A stretch of DNA of 64,000 nucleotides from Minisyncoccota bacterium. Lineage in GTDB: Bacteria; Patescibacteriota; Minisyncoccia; Phycocordibacterales; UBA9973. Location of the stretch: NCBI GenBank assembly GCA_035353995.1, contig DAOQAL010000001.1, positions 308,104 through 372,103 of the forward strand. The letters run 5' to 3'. The translations under genes were made by a program, and so were the position numbers. Under the pieces are notes generated by a model. It did not search any database, was not told the origin of the DNA, and saw only the letters and a program-made list of their open reading frames with translations. Below, one piece after another: positions 46,407-54,968 of this stretch (positions are counted from its first letter, which is position 1; each line of letters opens with the position of its first letter).

Positions 46407-46520
46407 TTATTTCATCCTGAATATCGGGGAATACAACAGTATCATACTTATAATGATCAGTATGCATAAAACTGACCAAATGATTTTTATTTTCTTTTGA
46501 TGTTTTTTATTAAAAAGCAT
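46407..46520 (-). CDS. Unannotated 37-aa single-TM microprotein
   Basis: MLFNKKHQKKIKIIWSVLCILIIISMILLYSPIFRMK*; fills the lepA-ftsB gap; TGATAAAAT 6 nt before its ATG. Confidence 0.7.
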   Translation of the reverse strand: MLFNKKHQKKIKIIWSVLCILIIISMILLYSPIFRMK

Positions 46521-46539
46521 ATAATGATTTTATCATATT

Positions 46540-46920
46540 ATGCGAAATTTTCAACAAAAAAAGGGTTTTAAGAGTTTTTTACAATCAAAACCAGTTTTGT
46601 TTTTGCTATTTGTTTTTGTTGTTATTTTTGCATGGAAAATTTTCAGTCTAATAGGAAAAATGCAAGAAACATATAAAAATAGGGATATGGAGCGTGAAAA
46701 AATAAGTGAATTAGAAGAAAGAAAACAAAAACTTTTATATGAAATAGAAAAATTAAATACAGAAGATGGTAAAGAAAAAGTCATAAGAGAAAATTTTGGC
46801 ATGGTTAAAGAAGGCGAAGAGGTTATTGTTATAGTTGAAGACACAAATAAAAAAAGCATAGAAGAAGTTAAAAAACCAAGTCGAATATCTATTTTTTTTA
46901 ACAAACTATTTGGTAGATAA
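46540..46920 (+). CDS. Septum formation initiator (FtsB/DivIC family)
   Basis: TM plus coiled coil plus EKVIRENFGMVKEGEEVI. Confidence 0.82.
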   Translation: MRNFQQKKGFKSFLQSKPVLFLLFVFVVIFAWKIFSLIGKMQETYKNRDMEREKISELEERKQKLLYEIEKLNTEDGKEKVIRENFGMVKEGEEVIVIVEDTNKKSIEEVKKPSRISIFFNKLFGR

Positions 46921-46959
46921 AAGCTTCCTTTTGATCTTTCTTATTGGTATAATATAAAT

Positions 46960-47982
46960 ATGAAAATCATATTTTTTGAAGTACCAAAAGTTGAGCAAGA
47001 TCAATATTCTCAATTGTTTTCTGATTCATTTCCAAATAATGAAATTTCTTTTTTAGAACAAAAATTAGACGAAGATAGTATTGCTTTAGCAAAAGAAGCA
47101 GAAGTTGTTTCAGTGTTTGTAAATTCAGTTATTGATAAAAATATAATTGATGCATTACCTAATCTAAAATTTATTGCAACTCGTTCGACTGGTTTTGACC
47201 ATATAGATAAAGATTATTGCAAAACAAAAAATATTCTTGTTTCTAACGTTCCAGCTTATGGTTCAAAAACAGTTGCAGAATTTGCTTTTGCATTACTCCT
47301 TGCCCTATCAAGAAAAATATTTGATGCGACTCGTCAGTTGAAAGACGAAGGTGATTTTTCAATATTTCCTCTCAAGGGTTTTGATTTGAATGGAAAAACA
47401 ATAGGTGTAATAGGAACAGGTAAAATAGGTAAAAATTCTATAAGAATAGCAAAAGGATTAGGCATGAATGTTCTAGCTTATGATTTATATCCTGATATGG
47501 CTTTTGCTAAGGAACTTAGCTTTGAGTATAAAACTTTAGATGAATTAATTTCACAATGTGATGTTTTGACTCTTCATGCACCGTATACTAAAGAAAATCA
47601 TCATTTTATAAATAAAGAAAATATTTCAAAAATGAAAAAGGGAGTATACATTATTAACACTGCAAGAGGTGAACTTATAGATACAGATGCTTTGATTTGG
47701 GGCTTACAACAAAAAATTATCGCTGGAGCTGGTCTTGATGTTATGGAAGGTGAAAGGGAATTAAAAGAGGAAATAGAAATACTTTCTTCAGACAATAAAA
47801 GAGAAAAAATAAAAGATTATCAAACTCTTTTTGAAGACAGAGTTTTAATAGATATGCCTAATGTAATAGTTACTCCACATATTGCTTTCTATTCGCAAGA
47901 AGCTGAATATGAAATTATTAAAACTACTATAGATAATATAAATAATTTTATTTCCCAAAAACCAACAAATTTAGTTCAATAA
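46960..47982 (+). CDS. D-isomer-specific 2-hydroxyacid dehydrogenase (D-lactate dehydrogenase-like)
   Basis: TRSTGFDHID, GVIGTGKIG, INTARG, TPHIAF. Confidence 0.9.
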   Translation: MKIIFFEVPKVEQDQYSQLFSDSFPNNEISFLEQKLDEDSIALAKEAEVVSVFVNSVIDKNIIDALPNLKFIATRSTGFDHIDKDYCKTKNILVSNVPAYGSKTVAEFAFALLLALSRKIFDATRQLKDEGDFSIFPLKGFDLNGKTIGVIGTGKIGKNSIRIAKGLGMNVLAYDLYPDMAFAKELSFEYKTLDELISQCDVLTLHAPYTKENHHFINKENISKMKKGVYIINTARGELIDTDALIWGLQQKIIAGAGLDVMEGERELKEEIEILSSDNKREKIKDYQTLFEDRVLIDMPNVIVTPHIAFYSQEAEYEIIKTTIDNINNFISQKPTNLVQ

Positions 47983-47983
47983 A

Positions 47984-49231
47984 ATGGATAATCAAATAAC
48001 AAAAATTTTAGCTGAAGAGATTAAAGATTCACGTGGAAATCCAACACTAAAAGTAACAGTTTGGGCTCGAACTTTTGTAGATTTGGATAATTCTGAACAA
48101 GATGTATTTGATAGTTTTTCTGTACCTTCTGGTGCTTCTACTGGCGCGCATGAAGCGCATGAATTGCGTGATGAAAATGGTGGTGTTCAAAATGCTGTTG
48201 AAATAGTAAATAAAATAATTGCTCCTGCTTTAATAGGTAAAGATGTTCTAAATCAAAAAGAAATTGACAGAATTATGATAGAGCTTGATGGAACATCGAA
48301 CAAAGATAATTTAGGCGGAAATTCTATAATTGGTGTTTCTATTGCATGCGCAAAGGTTGCAGCAAAAGCATCTGATATTGAAATATTCGAACACTTAAGA
48401 ACATTAAGTGAGATAAGACCATCTAGACGAATACCACATCTTTATATGAATTTAATAAATGGTGGTAAGCATGCAAAAAATAATTTAGCTTTTCAGGAAT
48501 ATCATATTGTTTCTAATACAGAAAGCGTAAAGGATGAAATTGATATGGGTTTGAAAATACAAAATTCTTTAAAAGAAATTATCGGTAATGATTTAGGTGA
48601 AAATTCTTTAATATTGGGTGATGAAGGTGGTTATGCTCCACAAATAAGTAATATTAAAAAACCACTTGAATATTTAAGAGAAGCAATAAAAATAAATAAT
48701 TTTGAAAATAAATTAAGGTTGGCTCTTGATGTGGCTTCCTCATCTTTTTTTGATGGTAATTTTTATGATGTAGATGGGAAGAAAATTACAAAAGAAGAAT
48801 TAGCTGAGATTTATAATTCATTGATAAAAGAATTTGATTTACTTTCTATAGAAGATCCATTTGATGAAGAGGACTTTGAAAGTTTTGAAAAATTAAAAGA
48901 AGATAATGATGGATTAATTGTTGTTGGAGATGATTTAACTGTTACAAATAAAATTCTTTTACAAGAGGCCATAGAAAAGGGAAGTATTAATGCAATGATA
49001 ATAAAACCGAATCAAATAGGCACACTATCAGAAACATTGGAAACTATGAGATTAGCAAGAGAAAACAATATTGAACTTATTATTAGCCATAGAAGTGGAG
49101 AAACAGATGATAGTTTTATTGCAGATCTTGCATATGCTTTTGGTTGTTTTGGTCTTAAGTCTGGTTCTCCTATTAAAGAAGAAAGAATGGTAAAATATGA
49201 TAGATTGATTGAGATATCAAAAAAAGTTTAA
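47984..49231 (+). CDS. eno: Enolase
   Basis: DSRGNPT, VPSGASTG, GDEGG, VGDDL, KPNQIG, SHRSGET. Confidence 0.96.
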   Translation: MDNQITKILAEEIKDSRGNPTLKVTVWARTFVDLDNSEQDVFDSFSVPSGASTGAHEAHELRDENGGVQNAVEIVNKIIAPALIGKDVLNQKEIDRIMIELDGTSNKDNLGGNSIIGVSIACAKVAAKASDIEIFEHLRTLSEIRPSRRIPHLYMNLINGGKHAKNNLAFQEYHIVSNTESVKDEIDMGLKIQNSLKEIIGNDLGENSLILGDEGGYAPQISNIKKPLEYLREAIKINNFENKLRLALDVASSSFFDGNFYDVDGKKITKEELAEIYNSLIKEFDLLSIEDPFDEEDFESFEKLKEDNDGLIVVGDDLTVTNKILLQEAIEKGSINAMIIKPNQIGTLSETLETMRLARENNIELIISHRSGETDDSFIADLAYAFGCFGLKSGSPIKEERMVKYDRLIEISKKV

Positions 49232-49306
49232 TTAATAAAATAAGTGTATGTATAGCAACCGAATGGTTTGCTTTTGTATTATTAGGGTAAATTATAAAAA
49301 ATAATT

Positions 49307-51724
49307 ATGGAAGAAAAAAAAGTTATAGATTTTATAAAATGGTTTAATGAAGTAGGAATTGAAGATGTGCCAATAGTTGGTGGAAAAAATGCAGCATTAG
49401 GTGAAATGTATTCAAACCTTGTGCCTCTTGGTGTAAATATTCCAGATGGCTTTGCACTTACAGCTGATGCTTATAGATATTTCTTTAAAGAAACTGGTCT
49501 TGATAAAAAAATTCAAGATATTTTTTCTGATTTAAATACTAAAAATATAAGAAATTTGCAATCTCGTGGAAAAAAAGTTCGTGAAGCTATTTTAAAAGAA
49601 GAATTTCCTCCATTGCTTCATGATGCAATAGTAAAATCTTATTCTGAAATGGAAAAAAAATATGGTAATGATATAGATGTTGCTGTAAGATCATCTGCAA
49701 CTGCTGAAGATTTACCTGGAGCTTCATTTGCTGGACAACAAGAAACATATCTTGATGTTCGTGGAATAAAAAATGTATTACTTTCTACAAGAAAATGTAT
49801 TGCATCATTATTTACTGATCGTGCTATATCATATCGTGCAGATAAAGGATTTTCTCATTTCGATGCTGCGCTTTCTGTTGGTATACAGCTAATGGTACGT
49901 TCTGATCTTTCTGCTTCTGGTGTTGCTTTTACAATTGATACAGAATCAGGTTTTGATAAAGTGATTGAAATAAATGGAATATATGGCCTTGGTGAATTTA
50001 TTGTGCAAGGAATTGTTATTCCAGACGAATTTGTAATTTTTAAACCAACTTTAGAAAATGGACATAAACCTATTATTTCAAAAAAACTTGGCAAGAAAAA
50101 CATTAAACTTATTTACGCAAAAGGTGGTGGAACAAAAAAAGTAACTGTGCCAAAAAATGAAGTAGAAAAATTCTGTTTAACAGAAGAAGAGGTTATGAAA
50201 CTTGCAAATTGGTGTCTTCAGATAGAAAAATATTTTTCAAAAAAACACAATCGTTATCAACCAATGGATATAGAATGGGCTAAGGATGGACGCACTGGTA
50301 AGTTATTTATAGTTCAAGCAAGACCAGAAACTGTTCAATCTGGTAAAGACAAAAATATTTTGAAAGAATATAAACTTGATAAAAAATCTAATGTACTTAC
50401 AACAGGTATTGCCGTTGGGGGTAAGGTTGGCGCAGGAAAAGTTCGTGTATTACATAGTACAAAAGATATTTCTCAATTTAAACAAGGAGAAGTTTTGGTA
50501 ACAGAAATAACTGATCCAGATTGGGAACCAATTATGAAAATAGCTAGTGCAATTGTTACAGATAAGGGTGGACGTACTTCTCACGCTGCTATTGTTTCTC
50601 GTGAATTAGGTATTCCTTGTATAGTAGGTACAGGTAATGCAACAAAAATATTACAAAATGGGAATGATGTAACTGTTGGATGCGCAGAAGGAGAAGTTGG
50701 TTCTGTTTATGAAGGAATTTTACCTTTTGAAATACTTGAACATAGATTAGATAAAATACCAGAAGTAAAAACAAAGATAATGATAAATATCGGTTCTCCT
50801 GATGAAGCTTTCAAGAATTACTTTTTACCAGTAAAAGGTGTTGGTTTAGGTAGATTGGAATTTATAATTATTTCACATATAAAAATTCACCCGAATGCTC
50901 TTATTGATTATAAAAAAATTAGTGAAGATAGAAAAAATCCTGATTCAAAAAAAATATTACAAAAAATAGATGAACTTACAGAAGGTTATAAAGATAAGAC
51001 AAAATATTATGTTGATCAACTTTCTCTTGGAATAGCAAAGATTGCAGCTACATTTTATCCAAATGATGTTATTATTCGTTTTTCAGACTTTAAGACAAAT
51101 GAATATCGAACATTGATTGGTGGAGAAAAGTATGAACCACAAGAAGAAAATCCAATGTTAGGATGGCGTGGTGCATCTAGGTATTATGATCCGAAATTTA
51201 AAGAAGCATTTGGTCTTGAGTGTAAAGCAATGAAAATAGTTAGAGAAGAAATGGGTCTAACAAATGTAATTCCTATGATTCCATTTTGCAGAACACCAGA
51301 AGAAGGAAAGGAAGTTCTAAAGACAATGAAAGAATTTGGTTTGGATCGTGCAGTAGATAAAAACTTGAAAGTTTATGTAATGTGCGAAATTCCTTCAAAC
51401 ATTTTACTTGCTGATGAATTTCTAGAAATTTTTGATGGTATGTCTATTGGTTCAAATGATCTTACTCAATTAACATTAGGTCTTGATAGAGATTCTGGTA
51501 TTGTTACGCATATTGCAAATGAAAAAAATCCGTCTGTAAAAAAACTTATTGCTGAAATAATTCATAAATGCAAAGAAAAAAATAAATATATTGGTATTTG
51601 TGGTCAAGCTCCATCAGATTATCCAGACTTTGCAAAATTCTTAATGGATGAAGGCATTGAAAGTATGTCTCTAAATCCTGACACAGTCATTAAAACAATT
51701 CTAATGCTCGGGGGAATAAAATAA
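49307..51724 (+). CDS. ppsA: Phosphoenolpyruvate synthase
   Basis: VGGKNA, AVRSSATAED, GGRTSHAAI, EENPMLGWRG, SIGSNDLTQ. Confidence 0.96.
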   Translation: MEEKKVIDFIKWFNEVGIEDVPIVGGKNAALGEMYSNLVPLGVNIPDGFALTADAYRYFFKETGLDKKIQDIFSDLNTKNIRNLQSRGKKVREAILKEEFPPLLHDAIVKSYSEMEKKYGNDIDVAVRSSATAEDLPGASFAGQQETYLDVRGIKNVLLSTRKCIASLFTDRAISYRADKGFSHFDAALSVGIQLMVRSDLSASGVAFTIDTESGFDKVIEINGIYGLGEFIVQGIVIPDEFVIFKPTLENGHKPIISKKLGKKNIKLIYAKGGGTKKVTVPKNEVEKFCLTEEEVMKLANWCLQIEKYFSKKHNRYQPMDIEWAKDGRTGKLFIVQARPETVQSGKDKNILKEYKLDKKSNVLTTGIAVGGKVGAGKVRVLHSTKDISQFKQGEVLVTEITDPDWEPIMKIASAIVTDKGGRTSHAAIVSRELGIPCIVGTGNATKILQNGNDVTVGCAEGEVGSVYEGILPFEILEHRLDKIPEVKTKIMINIGSPDEAFKNYFLPVKGVGLGRLEFIIISHIKIHPNALIDYKKISEDRKNPDSKKILQKIDELTEGYKDKTKYYVDQLSLGIAKIAATFYPNDVIIRFSDFKTNEYRTLIGGEKYEPQEENPMLGWRGASRYYDPKFKEAFGLECKAMKIVREEMGLTNVIPMIPFCRTPEEGKEVLKTMKEFGLDRAVDKNLKVYVMCEIPSNILLADEFLEIFDGMSIGSNDLTQLTLGLDRDSGIVTHIANEKNPSVKKLIAEIIHKCKEKNKYIGICGQAPSDYPDFAKFLMDEGIESMSLNPDTVIKTILMLGGIK

Positions 51725-51760
51725 AAAAATACGGATATAGTTTTTACCTTATTTTGTCTC

Positions 51761-51792
51761 AATCTGGTCCATACTAATATGGGCCAGATTTT
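51761..51792 (+). terminator. Hairpin / probable terminator after ppsA
   Basis: AATCTGGTCCATA-CTAA-TATGGGCCAGATT followed by T-rich sequence. Confidence 0.55.
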
Positions 51793-51850
51793 CGTTATTT
51801 ACTTTCTTTGTCTTAAAAAACCTGAAAAATAATGCTAGAATAGGGAAGTT

Positions 51851-51921
51851 GCGGGATTGGTTTAGTGGTAGAATGCGACCTTCCCAAGGTTGAGACACGA
51901 GTTCGATTCTCGTATCCCGCA
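51851..51921 (+). tRNA. tRNA-Gly(CCC)
   Basis: Acceptor GCGGGAT/ATCCCGC, anticodon arm CGACC-TTCCCAA-GGTTG, T-loop TTCGATT; CCA not encoded. Confidence 0.93.
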
Positions 51922-52016
51922 CAGCATAAGGTTTTATTTGAAATTATTTTTAACTGCTTGACAGGCATGTTATAATAGAAATATTAAAATTAATTTCGCT
52001 GTTTAAGCGTACAAAA

Positions 52017-52256
52017 ATGATGAAAAAAATAACAATTTACTCAACACCGACATGCCATATCTGTCATACTGCAAAAGATTTTTTTAAAGCACATAATATA
52101 GAATATACTGAATACAATGTTGCAACTGATCTTGAAAAAAGAAAAGAGATGGTAGAAAAAAGTGGACAAATGGGTGTTCCTGTCATTTTTATTGATCAAG
52201 AACTTATGGTTGGTTTTGATAAAAAAGTAGCTGCTAAAATGCTTGGATTAATTTAA
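52017..52256 (+). CDS. Glutaredoxin / NrdH-like redoxin
   Basis: YSTPTCHIC, SGQMGVPVI, VGFD. Confidence 0.92.
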   Translation: MMKKITIYSTPTCHICHTAKDFFKAHNIEYTEYNVATDLEKRKEMVEKSGQMGVPVIFIDQELMVGFDKKVAAKMLGLI

Positions 52257-52264
52257 ACAAAATT

Positions 52265-53197
52265 ATGAAAAATTTTACAAGAAATATTGTAGTATTACTT
52301 CTACTTGCTACTATATTTTTTGTATTCAAAGATTCAATTGAAAAAAGTTATTTTGGTTTTAAATATAAATTATTTCCATGTAGCTCTCCAATAAAATATT
52401 CTATTGGTTATTTCGATGAAAGATTTGGTATTTCTAAAGATGAATTTTTATCTTCAATTCAATTAGCAGAAAAAGTTTGGGAAGATTCTGTTGATAGGGA
52501 TTTATTTTCTTATAGCACAGAAGGGGATTTAAAGATAAATCTTAAGTATGATACTCGTCAAGAAACAACAGAAAAGTTAAATACCTTGGATTCTCAATTA
52601 GGGACTGATTCACAATCTTATGAAAGTTCAAAAGATGAGTATAATATTTTATATTCTAATTATCTACAAGAAAAGAAAGATTTAGAAATTAAAATAAAAA
52701 TATTTCAAGAAAGACAAAAGAAATATGAATCAAATGTTAATTATTGGAATGGACGTGGCGGAGCACCTGAGAATGAATATAATTCTTTAAATCAAGAAAA
52801 AACATATCTTGAAAATGAAATTGAGAAAATAAATAATGCTCAAACAGTATTGGTTGAGAAAATAAATTCAATAAATAGTTTAGCAAATCAGTTAAATGAA
52901 GTTGCTTCAAATTTAAATATAAGCACAGAAAAGTATAATAATATTAGAGATACGCTAGGAGATGAATTTGAAGAGGGTATTTATTATGATGATGGTTTAA
53001 ATAGAGGAATAGATATTTATCAATTTTCAGACGATAATAATCTTATTAGGCTTTTAACTCACGAACTTGGTCATGCTCTTTCTCTAGAACATGCTGAAAA
53101 TCCAAGTGCGATAATGTATAGAGTAAATATTGGTGGTGATTATACTTTATCTGAAGAAGATATAAGTATGCTTAAAGGGCATTGTAAGATTAAATAA
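52265..53197 (+). CDS. Matrixin (M10)-family zinc metalloprotease with inserted coiled coil
   Basis: HELGHALSLEH, Met-turn AIMY, N-terminal TM. Confidence 0.87.
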   Translation: MKNFTRNIVVLLLLATIFFVFKDSIEKSYFGFKYKLFPCSSPIKYSIGYFDERFGISKDEFLSSIQLAEKVWEDSVDRDLFSYSTEGDLKINLKYDTRQETTEKLNTLDSQLGTDSQSYESSKDEYNILYSNYLQEKKDLEIKIKIFQERQKKYESNVNYWNGRGGAPENEYNSLNQEKTYLENEIEKINNAQTVLVEKINSINSLANQLNEVASNLNISTEKYNNIRDTLGDEFEEGIYYDDGLNRGIDIYQFSDDNNLIRLLTHELGHALSLEHAENPSAIMYRVNIGGDYTLSEEDISMLKGHCKIK

Positions 53198-53200
53198 AGG

Positions 53201-53272
53201 TGTCCTCGGCAGGAATCGAACCTGCAATTACTCCTTAGGACGGAGTTGTTATATCCATTTAACTACGAAGAC
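53201..53272 (-). tRNA. tRNA-Arg(CCT)
   Basis: GTCTTCG...ACTCC-GTCCTAA-GGAGT...GCAGG-TTCGATT-CCTGC-CGAGGAC-A. Confidence 0.9.
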
Positions 53273-53355
53273 TAATAATAAACTTATTATAATTTAACAC
53301 AAAAAACACCTTTTTTCAAATTGGATTTTGTGTGTCTTTATGCTAAAATATTTTT

Positions 53356-53622
53356 ATGGAACCAGACGATAGGAAATTATTAGAAAGAACCTTAGAAATA
53401 GCTGAGGAAAATAATAAATTACTTCGTAAGGTCAGGGGTGTTCAAAAATGGAGAGCTTTTTGGACTATTGCAAAACTTGTAATAATAATAGCTATTGGAT
53501 TTGGAGCTTTTTATTATTTAGAACCTTATATTGGCAGGGTAACAAATACATTTAATTCCTTTTCTGGTGCAAAACAAAATATAGATAGCTATTCTATTCA
53601 GAATATGCTAAAAAATATGTAA
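53356..53622 (+). CDS. Small hypothetical membrane protein
   Basis: Coiled N-terminus plus one TM; TGCTAAAAT 6 nt before the ATG. Confidence 0.75.
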   Translation: MEPDDRKLLERTLEIAEENNKLLRKVRGVQKWRAFWTIAKLVIIIAIGFGAFYYLEPYIGRVTNTFNSFSGAKQNIDSYSIQNMLKNM

Positions 53623-53655
53623 TTAAAATCGTTTTAGTGTTTTTATAAAAAATAT

Positions 53656-53728
53656 GCCGAGGTAGCTCAGTTGGTAGAGCGCTCCCCTGAAGAGGGATAG
53701 GTCCGCAGTTCGATCCTGCGCCTCGGCA
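53656..53728 (+). tRNA. tRNA-Phe(GAA)
   Basis: GCCGAGG/CCTCGGC acceptor, anticodon loop CTGAAGA, T-loop TTCGATC. Confidence 0.93.
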
Positions 53729-53732
53729 CAAG

Positions 53733-53760
53733 AAAAAACCCCACCGAGGTGGGGTTTTTG
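53733..53760. terminator. Bidirectional intrinsic terminator
   Basis: AAAAAACCCCACC-GA-GGTGGGGTTTTT between convergent tRNA-Phe and hsp20. Confidence 0.85.
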
Positions 53761-53762
53761 TT

Positions 53763-54230
53763 TTATATTGATTTTACTCTTACATTAGTCTTCTTTTCTT
53801 TGTCTATCTTAGGAAGTTTTATTGTAAGTAATCCGTGTTTTTCAGTAGCTTCTGATTCTTCAGGATCAATTTCTGCTGGTAAAAGAATTGTTCTTGAAAA
53901 AGAACCCCAATATAGTTCCTTTGTAAAGAAGTTTTCTTCATTAACTGTTCTTGCTTCTTCTCTTTTTCCTCTTATCGTTATCATGTCTCTTGTAATAGTC
54001 AACTCTAAATCTTCTGGTTTTACTCCCGCAACCATTGTTTGGACTATAATTTCAGTTGGAGTCTGATAAACATCAACAGTTAGTTCAGCTTCTTCATTTT
54101 CTTCTTCCATCCAATTATTGTTTTCTTTTCCTTCGCTTTTGACTGGAATTCTCTTAGATTCTTCAAATTCTTCTTCTGCTTTTATACTACCAGTTAATCT
54201 CTCAAAAAAACCTCTTTTTTTATTTTGCAT
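53763..54230 (-). CDS. Hsp20/alpha-crystallin small heat-shock protein
   Basis: VDVYQT, GVKPEDL, GSFSRTILLP, GLLTIKLPK. Confidence 0.92.
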   Translation of the reverse strand: MQNKKRGFFERLTGSIKAEEEFEESKRIPVKSEGKENNNWMEEENEEAELTVDVYQTPTEIIVQTMVAGVKPEDLELTITRDMITIRGKREEARTVNEENFFTKELYWGSFSRTILLPAEIDPEESEATEKHGLLTIKLPKIDKEKKTNVRVKSI

Positions 54231-54245
54231 ATAAATAATTAATTT

Positions 54246-54947
54246 TTAATTCTTGCTACTTATTCTTCTTAATTTTTCAAAAAGTAGTAAGTTTATAATA
54301 GTTGCGACCCAAAGGAAAGCGAATACTTTTAGAAAATCACTTCCATTATTGTTCATTATAAAGAAATTAAAGCCACTATGCAAGGCTATTGCAGACAATA
54401 TTCCAATGAAAAGATAAAGATTTTTTTTAGCATTACATTTATAAAATGATAATCCTATTGAAATACCTATTATTCCACTTGAAACAGTATGGAGAAGGGT
54501 AGAACCCAAATATCTAAGTTGCCCAGTCATTAAACTAACTGTTGCTTGATTAAGTAATAAAGGTTTTATTAAGAATAAAATATTTTCAAACGCTGCAAAG
54601 CCAAGAGCTACTGTAATTAGAAATATAGGCCAATCAATTGGCTTATGAAGGTATTTTGTTTTGTATAAAATTAATATAACAGCAAGATATTTTAATATTT
54701 CCTCAATAGCTGCCCAAAAAATAATTTGTAATTCATTTGAACTTACTAAACTCTGAACAAATTTTTGAATTGGTATAGCAAAAATTACTAAAGTCATACC
54801 AATAATAAAACAAAAAGTAATAAGTCCGCTTGGTTCTGGATCTTCTTTGTCTTCCTTCAACCAAAACCATAACCATAGCAAAGATGGAATTATCCCTTCT
54901 AGTATTGCCATAGCTACTGCTTTTGGGTTTTGTAATAAATTATTCAT
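54246..54947 (-). CDS. PrsW-family intramembrane protease
   Basis: D..PEP, EEILK, ALGFAAFEN, LLH, ALHSGFN. Confidence 0.9.
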   Translation of the reverse strand: MNNLLQNPKAVAMAILEGIIPSLLWLWFWLKEDKEDPEPSGLITFCFIIGMTLVIFAIPIQKFVQSLVSSNELQIIFWAAIEEILKYLAVILILYKTKYLHKPIDWPIFLITVALGFAAFENILFLIKPLLLNQATVSLMTGQLRYLGSTLLHTVSSGIIGISIGLSFYKCNAKKNLYLFIGILSAIALHSGFNFFIMNNNGSDFLKVFAFLWVATIINLLLFEKLRRISSKN

Positions 54948-54968
54948 TGTTTAATTATTTGTATTTTT

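Noticed and set aside
53733-53760. Replication terminus at the switch from plus- to minus-strand genes
   Set aside because: A bidirectional terminator explains the convergence; no dif site seen and skew cannot be judged from this window
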